Below, piece after piece: positions 22,549 through 31,774 of a stretch of DNA of 64,000 bases. Numbering within the stretch: the stretch's first letter is position 1; every line of letters begins with the position of its first letter. The translations under genes were made by a program, and so were the position numbers. The notes beneath the pieces were generated by a model. That model saw only the letters and a program-made list of their open reading frames with translations, made no database searches and was not told the origin of the DNA. The DNA is from a virus (taxonomy: Duplodnaviria > Caudoviricetes), in the IMG/VR virus record IMGVR_UViG_3300017700_000738, positions 6,466-70,465 of that record. One strand, given 5' to 3'.

Positions 22549-22964
22549 CGGGGATCGCTCGTTGTCGCGCGAGCGTTGCGCTCATACTCGGCCTTCATCC
22601 GATTCTCTTGCTCATTGAACAAGCGGGAGCGCTCATTCCCAGCCTTGACGTCCGCAAGGCGGTAATTCTTGTCTCCACATTGATTATCGCGGTATCGCGT
22701 GGAAACCGAGCGGTTGCTTTCGCATATTTCCCGCTTCTCCAACGTCCACGCGATGCAATGTTCAAGCCCCCCGCTGAACAGTTGGAAGGTCTTTAGGCCG
22801 TCCGGCCTATCCCGCCCAAAAGGCATCTGGCAAATCTCGGTTGCCTCTGATTCGCCGCTGATGTTCATCATCAACGATGAACCGGCTTGAAGAGACAGGC
22901 ACAGAATTAACACCCCTGCTGCCATTAAGGCGGCGCCCGCAATCATGTCCCGATTGGCCTTCAT
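22545..22964 (-). CDS. Hypothetical membrane-anchored protein
   Basis: N-terminal TM, Cys-containing; ATGA overlaps. Confidence 0.55.
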   Translation of the reverse strand: MKANRDMIAGAALMAAGVLILCLSLQAGSSLMMNISGESEATEICQMPFGRDRPDGLKTFQLFSGGLEHCIAWTLEKREICESNRSVSTRYRDNQCGDKNYRLADVKAGNERSRLFNEQENRMKAEYERNARATTSDPR

Positions 22965-23200
22965 TATTCCATCACCTTCTTCATCGCTGCATCATTGGCT
23001 TCGAGCCACTCCCGCACATGCTTCGACCGACCGGATAGGAAATTCAGGATGTCCTGTGCATCATAGTGGCAGTCACCCAGAACATCCGCGAGAGCATCCC
23101 GCAGGTCGTTGTTGAGGACGTACGCGTTGGCCGCCTCTTGCGAGGGGTGCTTCTCGCCGTCGCTGGTCTCCCAGACCGTGATCATTCTGACCGTCATCAT
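22964..23200 (-). CDS. Hypothetical protein
   Basis: 78 aa; VWETSDGEKH motif, coupled. Confidence 0.65.
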   Translation of the reverse strand: MMTVRMITVWETSDGEKHPSQEAANAYVLNNDLRDALADVLGDCHYDAQDILNFLSGRSKHVREWLEANDAAMKKVME

Positions 23201-23442
23201 TTCTTTCGAGTCTCCAGCATAGCGTCGGCGAGCGCGTAGCTCGCTCCCACCACGAACTTCCCACCCTTAATCCCAACCGCAAGCTCGGTGATTTCTTGTG
23301 GAGAAAGGGTTGTGGCGATGCCAGCGAGCGCCTGCCCGGCGAAGTAGTCCCGGAGGGTCATCCCGGGACAGCTTAATGTGCTCCCATCCGAGTGCTCGAA
23401 TGTGAATGGGAATGCGGATTCCGGCATATCTGAAAATGTCAC
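23197..23442 (-). CDS. Hypothetical phage protein
   Basis: GMTLRDYFAGQALAG...AYALADAML widespread phage motif. Confidence 0.75.
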   Translation of the reverse strand: MTFSDMPESAFPFTFEHSDGSTLSCPGMTLRDYFAGQALAGIATTLSPQEITELAVGIKGGKFVVGASYALADAMLETRKK

Positions 23443-24101
23443 GACATCGCCTCCACCTTGGCCACCAGTTCGCGTAGCTCGGCATTGAAGGCCGAGACCT
23501 CGCGCGCCATCGCTGCTATGTAGGGTTCATCGCGATAGATACGCTCTCGATAGAGCGGCATCGGGCGCCCGCCTTCCTTGCGCCAGCCGACGCAGATATC
23601 GATCCACTCGCGCTCGGCCACCCAGAGGGCGCCCTGACACTGTGGCTTGTGCTCCGGCGGGTAGCGTCCGGCCATCAGGATATCGATCAGGATATCGGGC
23701 AGGGCCGACTTGATCTCCAACATCCCGGCATTACCCAGCAGCGAGTCCGGGCTGACGCCCTTGTTGCCGTTCTTGATGAAGCCGACGCGCTTGATCTCGA
23801 ACTCGTCGTGCTCGAACGCATATTGCGCGCGGATCGCGTCCTCCATCACCTTGCCGCGCTCCATGTGGGCGTTGGTATAGCTCTCCATGGGCTGGCCGGT
23901 GATGATCTCGCCGGCCAGCTCGCGCATATACTTCGCCCGGGTCTTGCTCTCGCCGCCGCCACGGCCCGTCGCCATGACGGTGCCGAACTTCGAAGCGGTT
24001 ACGAGTCCGCGACGCACCTCGAACCACTCGGGTGTGCCCTGCTCGATATCTTCGAAGACCTCGATCTTCGACGCCTTCGGTTTTACTGCGGCCTTAGCCA
24101 T
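23439..24101 (-). CDS. YqaJ/lambda-exonuclease family recombination nuclease
   Basis: EQGTPEWFEVRRGLVTASKF, SPDSL, LEIK, QCQGALW. Confidence 0.9.
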   Translation of the reverse strand: MAKAAVKPKASKIEVFEDIEQGTPEWFEVRRGLVTASKFGTVMATGRGGGESKTRAKYMRELAGEIITGQPMESYTNAHMERGKVMEDAIRAQYAFEHDEFEIKRVGFIKNGNKGVSPDSLLGNAGMLEIKSALPDILIDILMAGRYPPEHKPQCQGALWVAEREWIDICVGWRKEGGRPMPLYRERIYRDEPYIAAMAREVSAFNAELRELVAKVEAMS

Positions 24102-24940
24102 TATCGATCTCCCGGAAAGTCGGATTGTGCGGCCTTCTTAGCCTTCGCCTTCAGCTTGCGCTCCAGCTGGGTCTTGGCCTCGGCGAATCGAGTGGCGGGG
24201 ATTGCAGCCATGCTCTCGACGCTCATCAAGGCGCAGAACTTGGCCTTATCGGCCCCGGAATCGTCGGCCAGCTTGATCAGCGCCTTCAGCTGATCGGCGC
24301 TGACATTGGTGCCAACCTCGACGCCGTTCGTGTCGGCATCTTCCTTCGCCTCACTGATCAGGTTCAACAGCGCGATGGTGCAATACCGCTTGCCGTAGGA
24401 CATCGACGATCCCCAGCCTTGCACGTTGTTCTTGGACCCGGACGTCTCCGCCGGCAGCGGAAAAGCGGTGGTGCGCTGGTGGCCGTGGCCATCGAGAAAC
24501 CCACGCACCATGATGCGTTCCCCGGCGGGCTCGGTGGCAAATGAAAGCGAGAACCCGTGCCGCGTCAGCAGCGGCTGGATCGTCTTCATGATGTTGTTGA
24601 ACGTCGCGTACGGCGTCGCCTGCCCGGCGCGCCCCTCCTTCGCCGGGATGACGATCTTGCCGTCCTGCCGAATCGTCGGGAGAACCTCCTGCAGCGCGAT
24701 GAAGTTGCGGTTAAACTCCTTCACCGCGTCCCGGTCCTCGATCTGGCGCTGCATGTCGAGCAGGGCCTGCATCTTACCGACGTCGCACGCCGGGTTCAGT
24801 GTCGCCTCTGCGATCACCGCCAGCAGGTTACGTGGTGCCGGTGGCGCCGGCTGGTGGACGACCGTCGACACGGCCTTGGACGGCTTCTTCGGCTTGGGTT
24901 TTACCGTCTTCTTCTTCACGGCAGTGCTGGTCTGTTCCAC
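24101..24940 (-). CDS. erf: ERF-family ssDNA annealing protein
   Basis: YATFNNIMKTIQPLL...QGWGSSMSYGKRY. Confidence 0.85.
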   Translation of the reverse strand: MEQTSTAVKKKTVKPKPKKPSKAVSTVVHQPAPPAPRNLLAVIAEATLNPACDVGKMQALLDMQRQIEDRDAVKEFNRNFIALQEVLPTIRQDGKIVIPAKEGRAGQATPYATFNNIMKTIQPLLTRHGFSLSFATEPAGERIMVRGFLDGHGHQRTTAFPLPAETSGSKNNVQGWGSSMSYGKRYCTIALLNLISEAKEDADTNGVEVGTNVSADQLKALIKLADDSGADKAKFCALMSVESMAAIPATRFAEAKTQLERKLKAKAKKAAQSDFPGDR

Positions 24941-24952
24941 GGGAACCTCCTG

Positions 24953-25774
24953 TTAAATGACGACGCTTTCCTCGCACTCGCCAACCGAAACGCCCGGCAT
25001 GGTGGCGCCGTAGCTGGTGAACTTGGCCCATGCCTTCACGGCAGCCTCGATATGCTCGGGCTTCATGTACGGGCGCAGCTTATCCAGTGGGATCGCGTCG
25101 ATGTCGACGATATCCGCATACTTGATCGTCTTCATCGTCACCATGGAGCCGCTGTCGAAGCGCTGGCGCGTCATGCCGGCGGCATTGACCTTGGTGGCCT
25201 CGGCCGCGTCCTCGGCTCGCTTGGCAGCCAGTGCGGCGGCCTCTGCGGCGGCCTCTGCGGCGGCTTCCGTGGCGGCCTTGGTGTTCTCCGACCGAGCCCG
25301 CGCAGCCTTACGGGCGGCCTCCTCTGCGGCTTCGCGAGCTATCCGCTCCTCATCGGCGCGCAGCTTCTCCTGACGTGCCCGCTCGGCCCGCTCGGCGATC
25401 AGCTTGGCCTGCTGGAAGTCGTTGATGCGGCGCCCAAGGATGTCGGCGGTCTTGGACAGCTTGCCCAACACCTTCTCCTTGAAGAATCCATCCACAGCGC
25501 GCCCCGCGACAAGATACGGAGCCTTCTCGCCCTCACGGTGCGATTCGGTGGTCTTCTCCAGCTTGCGGATGTCGCTCGCCACCGTGGCGTATTCGCCGAG
25601 GCCGGCGTCATCGGCCACCGCGTCCGGGAGCGCTCGGGCACGTTCGAGCAGCTGACTGGTGGAGGTCAGCAGGTCCGCGTAGCGCATCGAGAGCGAATCG
25701 TTGATCTGCTGCGGCGTCGCCACCTCGCTGTTGTGGCCGATGCCGGGTTCGGCGGTCTTTGCTGATTTAGCCAT
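24953..25774 (-). CDS. Coiled-coil phage protein of the recombination operon
   Basis: Start MAKSAK at 25774; GIGHNS motif. Confidence 0.7.
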   Translation of the reverse strand: MAKSAKTAEPGIGHNSEVATPQQINDSLSMRYADLLTSTSQLLERARALPDAVADDAGLGEYATVASDIRKLEKTTESHREGEKAPYLVAGRAVDGFFKEKVLGKLSKTADILGRRINDFQQAKLIAERAERARQEKLRADEERIAREAAEEAARKAARARSENTKAATEAAAEAAAEAAALAAKRAEDAAEATKVNAAGMTRQRFDSGSMVTMKTIKYADIVDIDAIPLDKLRPYMKPEHIEAAVKAWAKFTSYGATMPGVSVGECEESVVI

Positions 25775-26175
25775 TACTTGATCTTCCTCTGCTTCTTGGG
25801 GAAACCCCGGTTTGCGATCTTGGCCTTGGGGCCGGTCTTTGTGCGTCCCTCCAGCCGGTCGAACTTCTTCTTGAGCCAGACGTCTGACCCCTTGGTGGTG
25901 ACGGTCTTCTCGGCGCCGGGCTGGCGGCCGACCGTGCGTTTCAGGTGACAAGGCGTCTTGTGGACAGCCTCGATGAAATTCGGGTCGTTCTGCGGCGGAT
26001 CGTAATCGGTGCCGGCAGCGTTCACTGGGCGCATGATCAGCGCAGGCCGGTGGTCGAACTCGACCTTGTCGCCCACGATGAAGATCACGCGGCATTCGTC
26101 GCAGTGGTGAATCTGCCGGTCGAGGACCTGCCGCTTCACGGCGGCAGGTATGGCTTTGCGCTTCGGCCGAATCAT
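25774..26175 (-). CDS. HNH-type endonuclease (NinG-like)
   Basis: CDEC...EFDHRPAL...N...CHLKRT. Confidence 0.75.
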   Translation of the reverse strand: MIRPKRKAIPAAVKRQVLDRQIHHCDECRVIFIVGDKVEFDHRPALIMRPVNAAGTDYDPPQNDPNFIEAVHKTPCHLKRTVGRQPGAEKTVTTKGSDVWLKKKFDRLEGRTKTGPKAKIANRGFPKKQRKIK

Positions 26176-26297
26176 GCCGGCACCACGAACCATGCGGCGA
26201 CCATGACGGCGATGAAGAAGACGAACCCAACGCCCTCCAGAATGGTGACGAGTGTCTCGCGTTGGGCGTCGAGTTCGGTATAGGAATGATCGTTCAT
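26172..26297 (-). CDS. Small membrane peptide
   Basis: MNDHSYTELDAQRETLVTILEGVGFVFFIAVMVAAWFVVPA; GGAGG SD; ATGA overlap. Confidence 0.55.
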   Translation of the reverse strand: MNDHSYTELDAQRETLVTILEGVGFVFFIAVMVAAWFVVPA

Positions 26298-26300
26298 GGC

Positions 26301-26570
26301 TTATGCCTCCCCGCCATCGTAGCTGCCAAGCGAGCAATAGACCTTGCGGCCGTAGTATTCGCCGACCGAGTTCCAATCGAAGGTCTCCCCTTGGGCTGGA
26401 AGTTTCTGCCGTTCGGTGGGGCAGCAATAATAATCGTCCCCCCAGCTATAAACGTACGGGTTGCGGTATCGCGTCGGCTGGTAGACGCCGTCGCGAACCT
26501 CGGAAATGTCGGAGGAAAAATGAAAAGCAATCAGTTCAGCGCCTGATCTGCGAATTGTCTTTGTGGTCAT
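26301..26570 (-). CDS. Hypothetical protein, first gene of the leftward operon
   Basis: 89 aa; GGAGGA SD. Confidence 0.65.
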   Translation of the reverse strand: MTTKTIRRSGAELIAFHFSSDISEVRDGVYQPTRYRNPYVYSWGDDYYCCPTERQKLPAQGETFDWNSVGEYYGRKVYCSLGSYDGGEA

Positions 26571-26583
26571 CCAATCCTCCAGC

Positions 26584-26598
26584 GAGCCCCAATGGCTC
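26584..26598 (-). repeat. Leader hairpin GAGCCATTGGGGCTC, copy 1
   Basis: Exact 15-mer on the minus strand between promoter and first gene. Confidence 0.9.
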
Positions 26599-26606
26599 GG
26601 TTGCGG

Positions 26607-26623
26607 GTAAACATGGCGTAGAC
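26607..26623. promoter_or_regulatory. 17-bp operator-like site, copy 1
   Basis: GTAAACATGGCGTAGAC. Confidence 0.55.
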
Positions 26624-26643
26624 GATTTCCGATGCCGGTGCAA
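26615..26643 (-). promoter_or_regulatory. Probable leftward promoter
   Basis: TTGCAC-N17-TACGCC on the minus strand upstream of the leader hairpin. Confidence 0.5.
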
Positions 26644-26650
26644 GCGCAAA

Positions 26651-26667
26651 ATAAACATCATGTTGAC
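26651..26667. promoter_or_regulatory. 17-bp operator-like site, copy 2, overlapping -35 (TTGACT) of the cro-like promoter
   Basis: ATAAACATCATGTTGAC. Confidence 0.65.
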
Positions 26668-26697
26668 TATTCGCCAAGTCGCGCATATTTTCCCCAA

Positions 26698-26895
26698 ATG
26701 GCAAAAATCAAAACAGACGAGGACGGCTTCGCGCTGGTCCTCACCAAGACCACCCGGGCCGAGATCGCCCGGCACCTTGGCATCGCGAAGCAAAATCTGT
26801 CCCGGTGGAAAAAGGTCCCTCCCCACCACGTCAAGCGCGTGGCGGAGTTGACCGGGCTCTCCCGAGAGCAGATTCTGCCGTCACAGTTTTCGTAA
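26698..26895 (+). CDS. Cro/YdaS-like HTH transcriptional regulator
   Basis: TRAEIARHLGIAKQNLSRWKKVP...LTGLSREQILP. Confidence 0.85.
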   Translation: MAKIKTDEDGFALVLTKTTRAEIARHLGIAKQNLSRWKKVPPHHVKRVAELTGLSREQILPSQFS

Positions 26896-27002
26896 GAGAT
26901 CGGCCGCCCTTCGTCCCAACCCGGGGCGGCTGTATGGTGCCGGGAGCGTTTGGTGATGCGTCGCTCCCGGCATTTCCTTTTCCCATAACCATTGGAGCCG
27001 AT

Positions 27003-27800
27003 ATGGCCAAGAAACCAGCCGCAGAGAAGAAGCCGCGCGAGCCAAAGGCCGCGAAGCCAAAGACCACCAAGGATAAGGCCGCGAAGCCGGCTGGGAAGAA
27101 GTTCAACAGCCCGGTGAACGAGACCGACAAGGCGCTGTTCCTGCAGACCCTGCCGAAGATCGCGAAGGCACGCGACGATATCGCCAAGGCCACCAACCAC
27201 CTCCGCACCCTCTACAAGGTCGCCAAGAAGGACGGCTTCCTCAAGAGCGACTTCGACACCGCATTCGCCATTCAGGGCGCCGAGGGTGAGAAAAACAAGA
27301 AGGCAGCGATTGCGCGCGATCTCACGATTGCGAAGTGGCTGGGCTGCGATCTGGGCTCCCAGCTCGACCTGTTCGTGCAGGACGAGCGCGTGCCGGCGGC
27401 TGATCGTGCGTGGGAGGAAGGTCAGGCGGCGTCCATGAAGGGCGAGACGGCCAAGCCGAACTATGCGCCCTCGACCGAGCAGTACCGCAAGTACATGGAG
27501 GGTTACCACCACGATCAGGAAAACCGGATCAAGAAGGGCATCAAGCCGACGCCAGAAGGTGAAACCACTTCGCCCGGCCTGATCACCAAGGCGCAGAAGG
27601 ATGCGGCAGCGAAGGCCGAGGCCGAGAAGAAGGCCAGTGCCGGTGCTGGACGTGGTCCGGGGCCTCGCCCTGACGCTCCCACGTCGGGCGTCTCCATGAG
27701 CCGTGCGGACTTCAAGAAACAGCAGGCGGACGCTGCAGCCAAGGCCAAGGCGGATGCCGAGAAGCTGTTCGACAAGACTGGCGCCGGCAAACCGAACTGA
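27003..27800 (+). CDS. Lys/Ala-rich DNA-binding protein with GapR (DUF2312)-like segment
   Basis: ATG 27003 after GGAG; LRTLYKVAKKDGFLKSDF. Confidence 0.6.
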   Translation: MAKKPAAEKKPREPKAAKPKTTKDKAAKPAGKKFNSPVNETDKALFLQTLPKIAKARDDIAKATNHLRTLYKVAKKDGFLKSDFDTAFAIQGAEGEKNKKAAIARDLTIAKWLGCDLGSQLDLFVQDERVPAADRAWEEGQAASMKGETAKPNYAPSTEQYRKYMEGYHHDQENRIKKGIKPTPEGETTSPGLITKAQKDAAAKAEAEKKASAGAGRGPGPRPDAPTSGVSMSRADFKKQQADAAAKAKADAEKLFDKTGAGKPN

Positions 27801-28300
27801 TGTCGGCGCTGTTGCCTGAAGGTGAGGGCTCCGTTTCGGCGGAGCCCTTTGTCGTGATCCAGCTGATGGGTGTTCCGCGCGGAAAGGGTCGCCCGCGCTT
27901 CGGTACCATCGGCGGTTTCGTGCGCGTGTTCACCGACAAGGAAACGGTGAAATACGAGAAGGCGCTGAAGGCCGCCGGCATTGAGGCCATGGAGGGCCGA
28001 GAGGTCCTCGACGAGGCCGTGAGTGTGATCATCCGCGCCTATATGCCGATCCCGGAAAGCTGGTCGAAGAAGAAAAAACAGATGGCGCTGGAGGGCGATC
28101 TTGCGCCGACCACGATGCCCGACCTCGACAACATCACGAAGATGATCGACGGGCTGAATTATCATCCGCCACGGTTCAAGGGCGACAAGGAAAAGCGGCC
28201 AATTGTGTGGAAGAACGATTCGTTGATCGTCAGTATGCAGGCGATGAAACTCTATGATGCGGAGCCGCGTCTGGAGATCGTGGTGTTCCGATGGGGCTGA
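27800..28300 (+). CDS. rusA: RusA Holliday junction resolvase
   Basis: PRGKGRPRF; MPDLDNITKMIDGLN; WKNDSLIV. Confidence 0.9.
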   Translation: MSALLPEGEGSVSAEPFVVIQLMGVPRGKGRPRFGTIGGFVRVFTDKETVKYEKALKAAGIEAMEGREVLDEAVSVIIRAYMPIPESWSKKKKQMALEGDLAPTTMPDLDNITKMIDGLNYHPPRFKGDKEKRPIVWKNDSLIVSMQAMKLYDAEPRLEIVVFRWG

Positions 28301-28902
28301 AGCGTCCCGGGCTGCTGGATGGCCTGCCGTACCGACACTTCGCGGTCGTGCACGCCGATGTGCCGTGGTCCTATGAGACCTATTCCGAGAACGGGCACGA
28401 GCGCTCGGCGGAGAACCACTACAAGACGATGACGGTGCAGGACATCGCGCGCTTCAACGTCGAGGCCCACATGAAGGAAGACAGCTATTGCTTCTTCTGG
28501 ACGACCGGGCCGCACCTCGCAATCGGGTCGCATATCCCGATCATGAAGGCGTGGGGGTTCGAGCCGGTCGCGATGGCATTCGTCTGGTTGAAGCTGAACC
28601 AGAAGTGGCATCCGCGCTGGCTCTGCTACATGGAGGACGCGATGTTCTTCATGGGGATGGGGCACACGACTCGACAAAACGCCGAATACGTCATCATCGG
28701 CCGCAAGGGTAATCCACCGGAAAGGCTGTCGAAGTCGATCCGGCAAATAATTCTGGCGCCGCTGCGCGAGCACTCGCGAAAACCAGATGAAGTATATCGG
28801 CGCGTCGAACAATACGCGCACGGCCCATATCTTGATTTGTTCGGACGTGAGCAGCGACCCGGCTGGGTGGTGCGCGGAAACGAGAGCACAAAATTCGGCT
28901 AG
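28291..28902 (+). CDS. MT-A70 family N6-adenine methyltransferase
   Basis: ADVPWSY, HYKTMT, EHSRKPDEVY, DLFGRE. Confidence 0.9.
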   Translation: MGLKRPGLLDGLPYRHFAVVHADVPWSYETYSENGHERSAENHYKTMTVQDIARFNVEAHMKEDSYCFFWTTGPHLAIGSHIPIMKAWGFEPVAMAFVWLKLNQKWHPRWLCYMEDAMFFMGMGHTTRQNAEYVIIGRKGNPPERLSKSIRQIILAPLREHSRKPDEVYRRVEQYAHGPYLDLFGREQRPGWVVRGNESTKFG

Positions 28903-29065
28903 ACTCCGGCGCGAGCCCGGACGTAGAAAAGGAAAGGCCCCGGCGGCGGCAAACCGTCCGGGGCCATAAAACCAATCGTGTGCGCGATTGGGGCGTTCTC
29001 ACGCGATTAAAATAGGGTTTACCCCTGATCGCGTCAACCGTCCCGATCCAAATTAGGAGAAGGAC

Positions 29066-30502
29066 GTGAACGAACAAATTCCCCCGTGGGATCAACCAGT
29101 TCCTTGGCAGGTTCATAACATCGAGGCCGAGCAGGCGCTATTGGGCGCCGTAATGGTGAACAACGACGCCTATGAGGTCGCCACCAAGTTCGTTCAGGCC
29201 GAGCATTTCTTCGAAGGAATCCATCAAGCGATCTTCGGAATGATGGGCCAGCTGATCGAGCAGGGGAAGCGCGCCGATCCGATCATCCTGAAGTCGTTTC
29301 TGTCAAACGACATGCTCGCCCCAGGCATGACGGTGTCGGTTTATCTCGCCCGGCTGATGGCCGAGGCCACCACGGTCATCAATGCGCGTGATTACGCGAT
29401 CACGATCCGGGAGCTGGCGGACCGCCGAGCCCTTGCGGAGGTCGCCAATGGCCTTGTGACCTCCGGCGCGGCGCATCCCGCCTCCGTGGCGTCCGAGGCT
29501 ATCAGCGCCCTCGACATGATCGTGGCGGCCAATACTGAGAGCGGCGCCCCATCGCTGACTATGGCGCAGGCGATGACGCGCGCGCTGGAGGCCAGCGCCA
29601 CCGCGTACCAGAACGATGGCGCCATCGTCGGTATCCCGACCACCCTGCACGATCTCGACCACAAGACCGGCGGCATGAGCCGGGGCGATCTCGTGGTGCT
29701 GGGCGGGCGCCCCGGCATGGGCAAGTCGGCGATGATCCTGACCATGCTGCGGCGCGAGGCCAAAATGGGGTATCGCTCCATGCTGGTCTCGCTGGAGATG
29801 TCGGACGTCCCGATGTCGCACCGCATGATCAGCGACCACATTTTCGATCTGCCGGGCGACAACGTCCCCTATGTGAACCTGCGCAACGGCCGATTCCACG
29901 AGCGCATGTTCGAGATCATCAAGTTCGCGGCCGAGCAGCTGTCGACCCTGCCGATCAAGATCGAGCAGCAGCCGGGCCTGACGGTGTCGCAGATCGGCGC
30001 CCGCGCGCGCCAGATGAAGCGCAAGGAGGGGCTCGATGTTCTGGCTATCGATCACCTCGACCTGATCAAGGCCTCGGGCCGCTATGCCGGCAACAAGGTC
30101 TATGAGCTGGGCGAGATCACGGCATCGCTCAAGGCCCTCGCCAAAGAACTCGACATCGTCGTGGTGTTGCTCGCGCAGCTGTCCCGGAATGTCGAGAGCC
30201 GGGACGACAAGCGGCCGATGCTGGCCGACCTGCGCAGCTCCGGCAGCATCGAGCAGGACGCCGACACGGTCATCTTCCTCTATCGCGAGGCCTATTACCT
30301 GTCGAGCCGGGAGCCGCCTGCAGGCACGCCGGAGCACGAGCTGTGGCAGAACGCGATGGCTGCCGCTCACAACGTCCTGCACGCCATCGTGGCCAAGCAG
30401 CGCATGGGGCCGACCGGGACCGTCGAGCTGTTCTGCGATATCGGCTCCAACGCCGTGCGCAACGCCAATCATGACAACGGAATGCCGGGAAGGGGTAACT
30501 AA
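29066..30502 (+). CDS. dnaB: DnaB-family replicative helicase
   Basis: EAEQALLGA; GGRPGMGKS; LAQLSR; DLRSSGSIEQDAD. Confidence 0.95.
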   Translation: MNEQIPPWDQPVPWQVHNIEAEQALLGAVMVNNDAYEVATKFVQAEHFFEGIHQAIFGMMGQLIEQGKRADPIILKSFLSNDMLAPGMTVSVYLARLMAEATTVINARDYAITIRELADRRALAEVANGLVTSGAAHPASVASEAISALDMIVAANTESGAPSLTMAQAMTRALEASATAYQNDGAIVGIPTTLHDLDHKTGGMSRGDLVVLGGRPGMGKSAMILTMLRREAKMGYRSMLVSLEMSDVPMSHRMISDHIFDLPGDNVPYVNLRNGRFHERMFEIIKFAAEQLSTLPIKIEQQPGLTVSQIGARARQMKRKEGLDVLAIDHLDLIKASGRYAGNKVYELGEITASLKALAKELDIVVVLLAQLSRNVESRDDKRPMLADLRSSGSIEQDADTVIFLYREAYYLSSREPPAGTPEHELWQNAMAAAHNVLHAIVAKQRMGPTGTVELFCDIGSNAVRNANHDNGMPGRGN

Positions 30503-30503
30503 G

Positions 30504-30821
30504 ATGGGTTTCAGGGAATTTATGTGGGCGTGGAATCTAAACGGATTAGCTCCATCTGACCGCCTCGTCGCTATGTGGATCGGTGACGGATACACGGTAT
30601 ATCCGACGCCGGCTGAATGTGAGCCGCTCCGACTCGATCTCGCGAAGTGCGCGCAGTGGGCAAATATCACTAAGGCCGACGTCGCGGAATCTCTACGGCG
30701 TATCCCTGATCTCGTATGGAAGCTCGATGAGAATGGCGAACTCCTTATCCACTATCTACCGCGACCGTGCTGGCATTTTGGTTTTGGGCGCGGCGGTGTG
30801 TTCCCGGGAGATGACCGATGA
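30504..30821 (+). CDS. Hypothetical HTH-like protein
   Basis: ATG 30504; LAPSDRLVAMWIGD. Confidence 0.55.
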   Translation: MGFREFMWAWNLNGLAPSDRLVAMWIGDGYTVYPTPAECEPLRLDLAKCAQWANITKADVAESLRRIPDLVWKLDENGELLIHYLPRPCWHFGFGRGGVFPGDDR

Positions 30822-31684
30822 CCGTGATTCGTAGGGTTCACTCGAATAACTTCACAATCATTGGGAACGACTGCCTGAAGGATAAATCGCTCGGCGCCGA
30901 AGCGCTGGGTGTGATCTGCTATCTTATCGGGTGTCCGCACGATTGGATCGTGCGCCCAAGTCAGCTGGCGGACAGGTTCGGGTGCGGTCGCGATAAGGTA
31001 CAGCGCATCCTTAACGACCTGATAGAGCTTGGTTATATTCGGCGCAGTCGGCTTCGAAACGCAGAGACAGGGTCATGGGAAGGTGTCGAGTATGTAGTGC
31101 TAGATACCAAGGACGAGCCGCAACCGGAAAATCAGGTTGTGGGTGCGGATTCACCGCAGCCGGAAAACCCGGCGCCGGAAAATCCAAAACTACTAAAGAC
31201 AGATTCTACAAAAAAGGATTCTACAAAACGTCCTGCCAAGCAGGACATCCCGTATTCCGAGGAGTTCGAGAACGAGGTGTGGAAGCCCTACCCTCGCAAA
31301 GCCAATACCTCGAAAAAGAAAGCGCACGACCTGTGGCGCATGCTGAACGTCGAGAATCAGGCGCGGGTGAAGGTGGCAATCCCGCTGTACGCGGCTGCGA
31401 TGGTCAGGGAAGGCCGCACAGAGGATAAAATCAAACACCTGCAGTTCTTCCTCAGTGAGCGCGTTTACGAGACCGTTGGGGCTCCGGCCGGGCCGGCGAA
31501 GCCTGCCGGCGGCGCGGCTCCTGCCGACCCAAACTGGTACAAGACCGCGACCCGGGACCAATGGGCGCGGTTGCTGCCGATCTGGCGCGGCGATATGAAC
31601 TGGCGGATCGCGTGGGGGCCGGCGCCGGGCAAGCCCGGATGCGCGGTGCCGCCCGATATGCTGACCGACGACGATCTTCGGTAA
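30818..31684 (+). CDS. Replication initiator protein (lambda O-like, N-terminal HTH)
   Basis: NFTIIGN...LADRFGCGRDKVQRILNDLIELGYI; FENEVWKPYPRK. Confidence 0.8.
   Translation: MTVIRRVHSNNFTIIGNDCLKDKSLGAEALGVICYLIGCPHDWIVRPSQLADRFGCGRDKVQRILNDLIELGYIRRSRLRNAETGSWEGVEYVVLDTKDEPQPENQVVGADSPQPENPAPENPKLLKTDSTKKDSTKRPAKQDIPYSEEFENEVWKPYPRKANTSKKKAHDLWRMLNVENQARVKVAIPLYAAAMVREGRTEDKIKHLQFFLSERVYETVGAPAGPAKPAGGAAPADPNWYKTATRDQWARLLPIWRGDMNWRIAWGPAPGKPGCAVPPDMLTDDDLR
31117..31229 (+). repeat. Putative replication origin iterons
   Basis: Three CCGGAAAA(T/C)C repeats followed by two GATTCTACAAAA inside the initiator gene. Confidence 0.6.
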
Positions 31685-31697
31685 ACATCCAGTTGAC
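31681..31697. promoter_or_regulatory. 17-bp operator-like site, copy 3, overlapping TTGACA promoter
   Basis: GTAAACATCCAGTTGAC. Confidence 0.7.
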
Positions 31698-31734
31698 ACG
31701 GGTTTCGGCCCGTGCTCTAACGATCCCACTGGCC

Positions 31735-31749
31735 GAGCCATTGGGGCTC
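31735..31749 (+). repeat. Leader hairpin GAGCCATTGGGGCTC, copy 2
   Basis: Exact 15-mer. Confidence 0.9.
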
Positions 31750-31774
31750 ACGGCAGTAACCAAGGAAAATCACC

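Noticed and set aside
25235-25265. Tandem GCGGCGGCCTCT repeats
   Set aside because: Encode a low-complexity Ala/Glu linker; not a regulatory array
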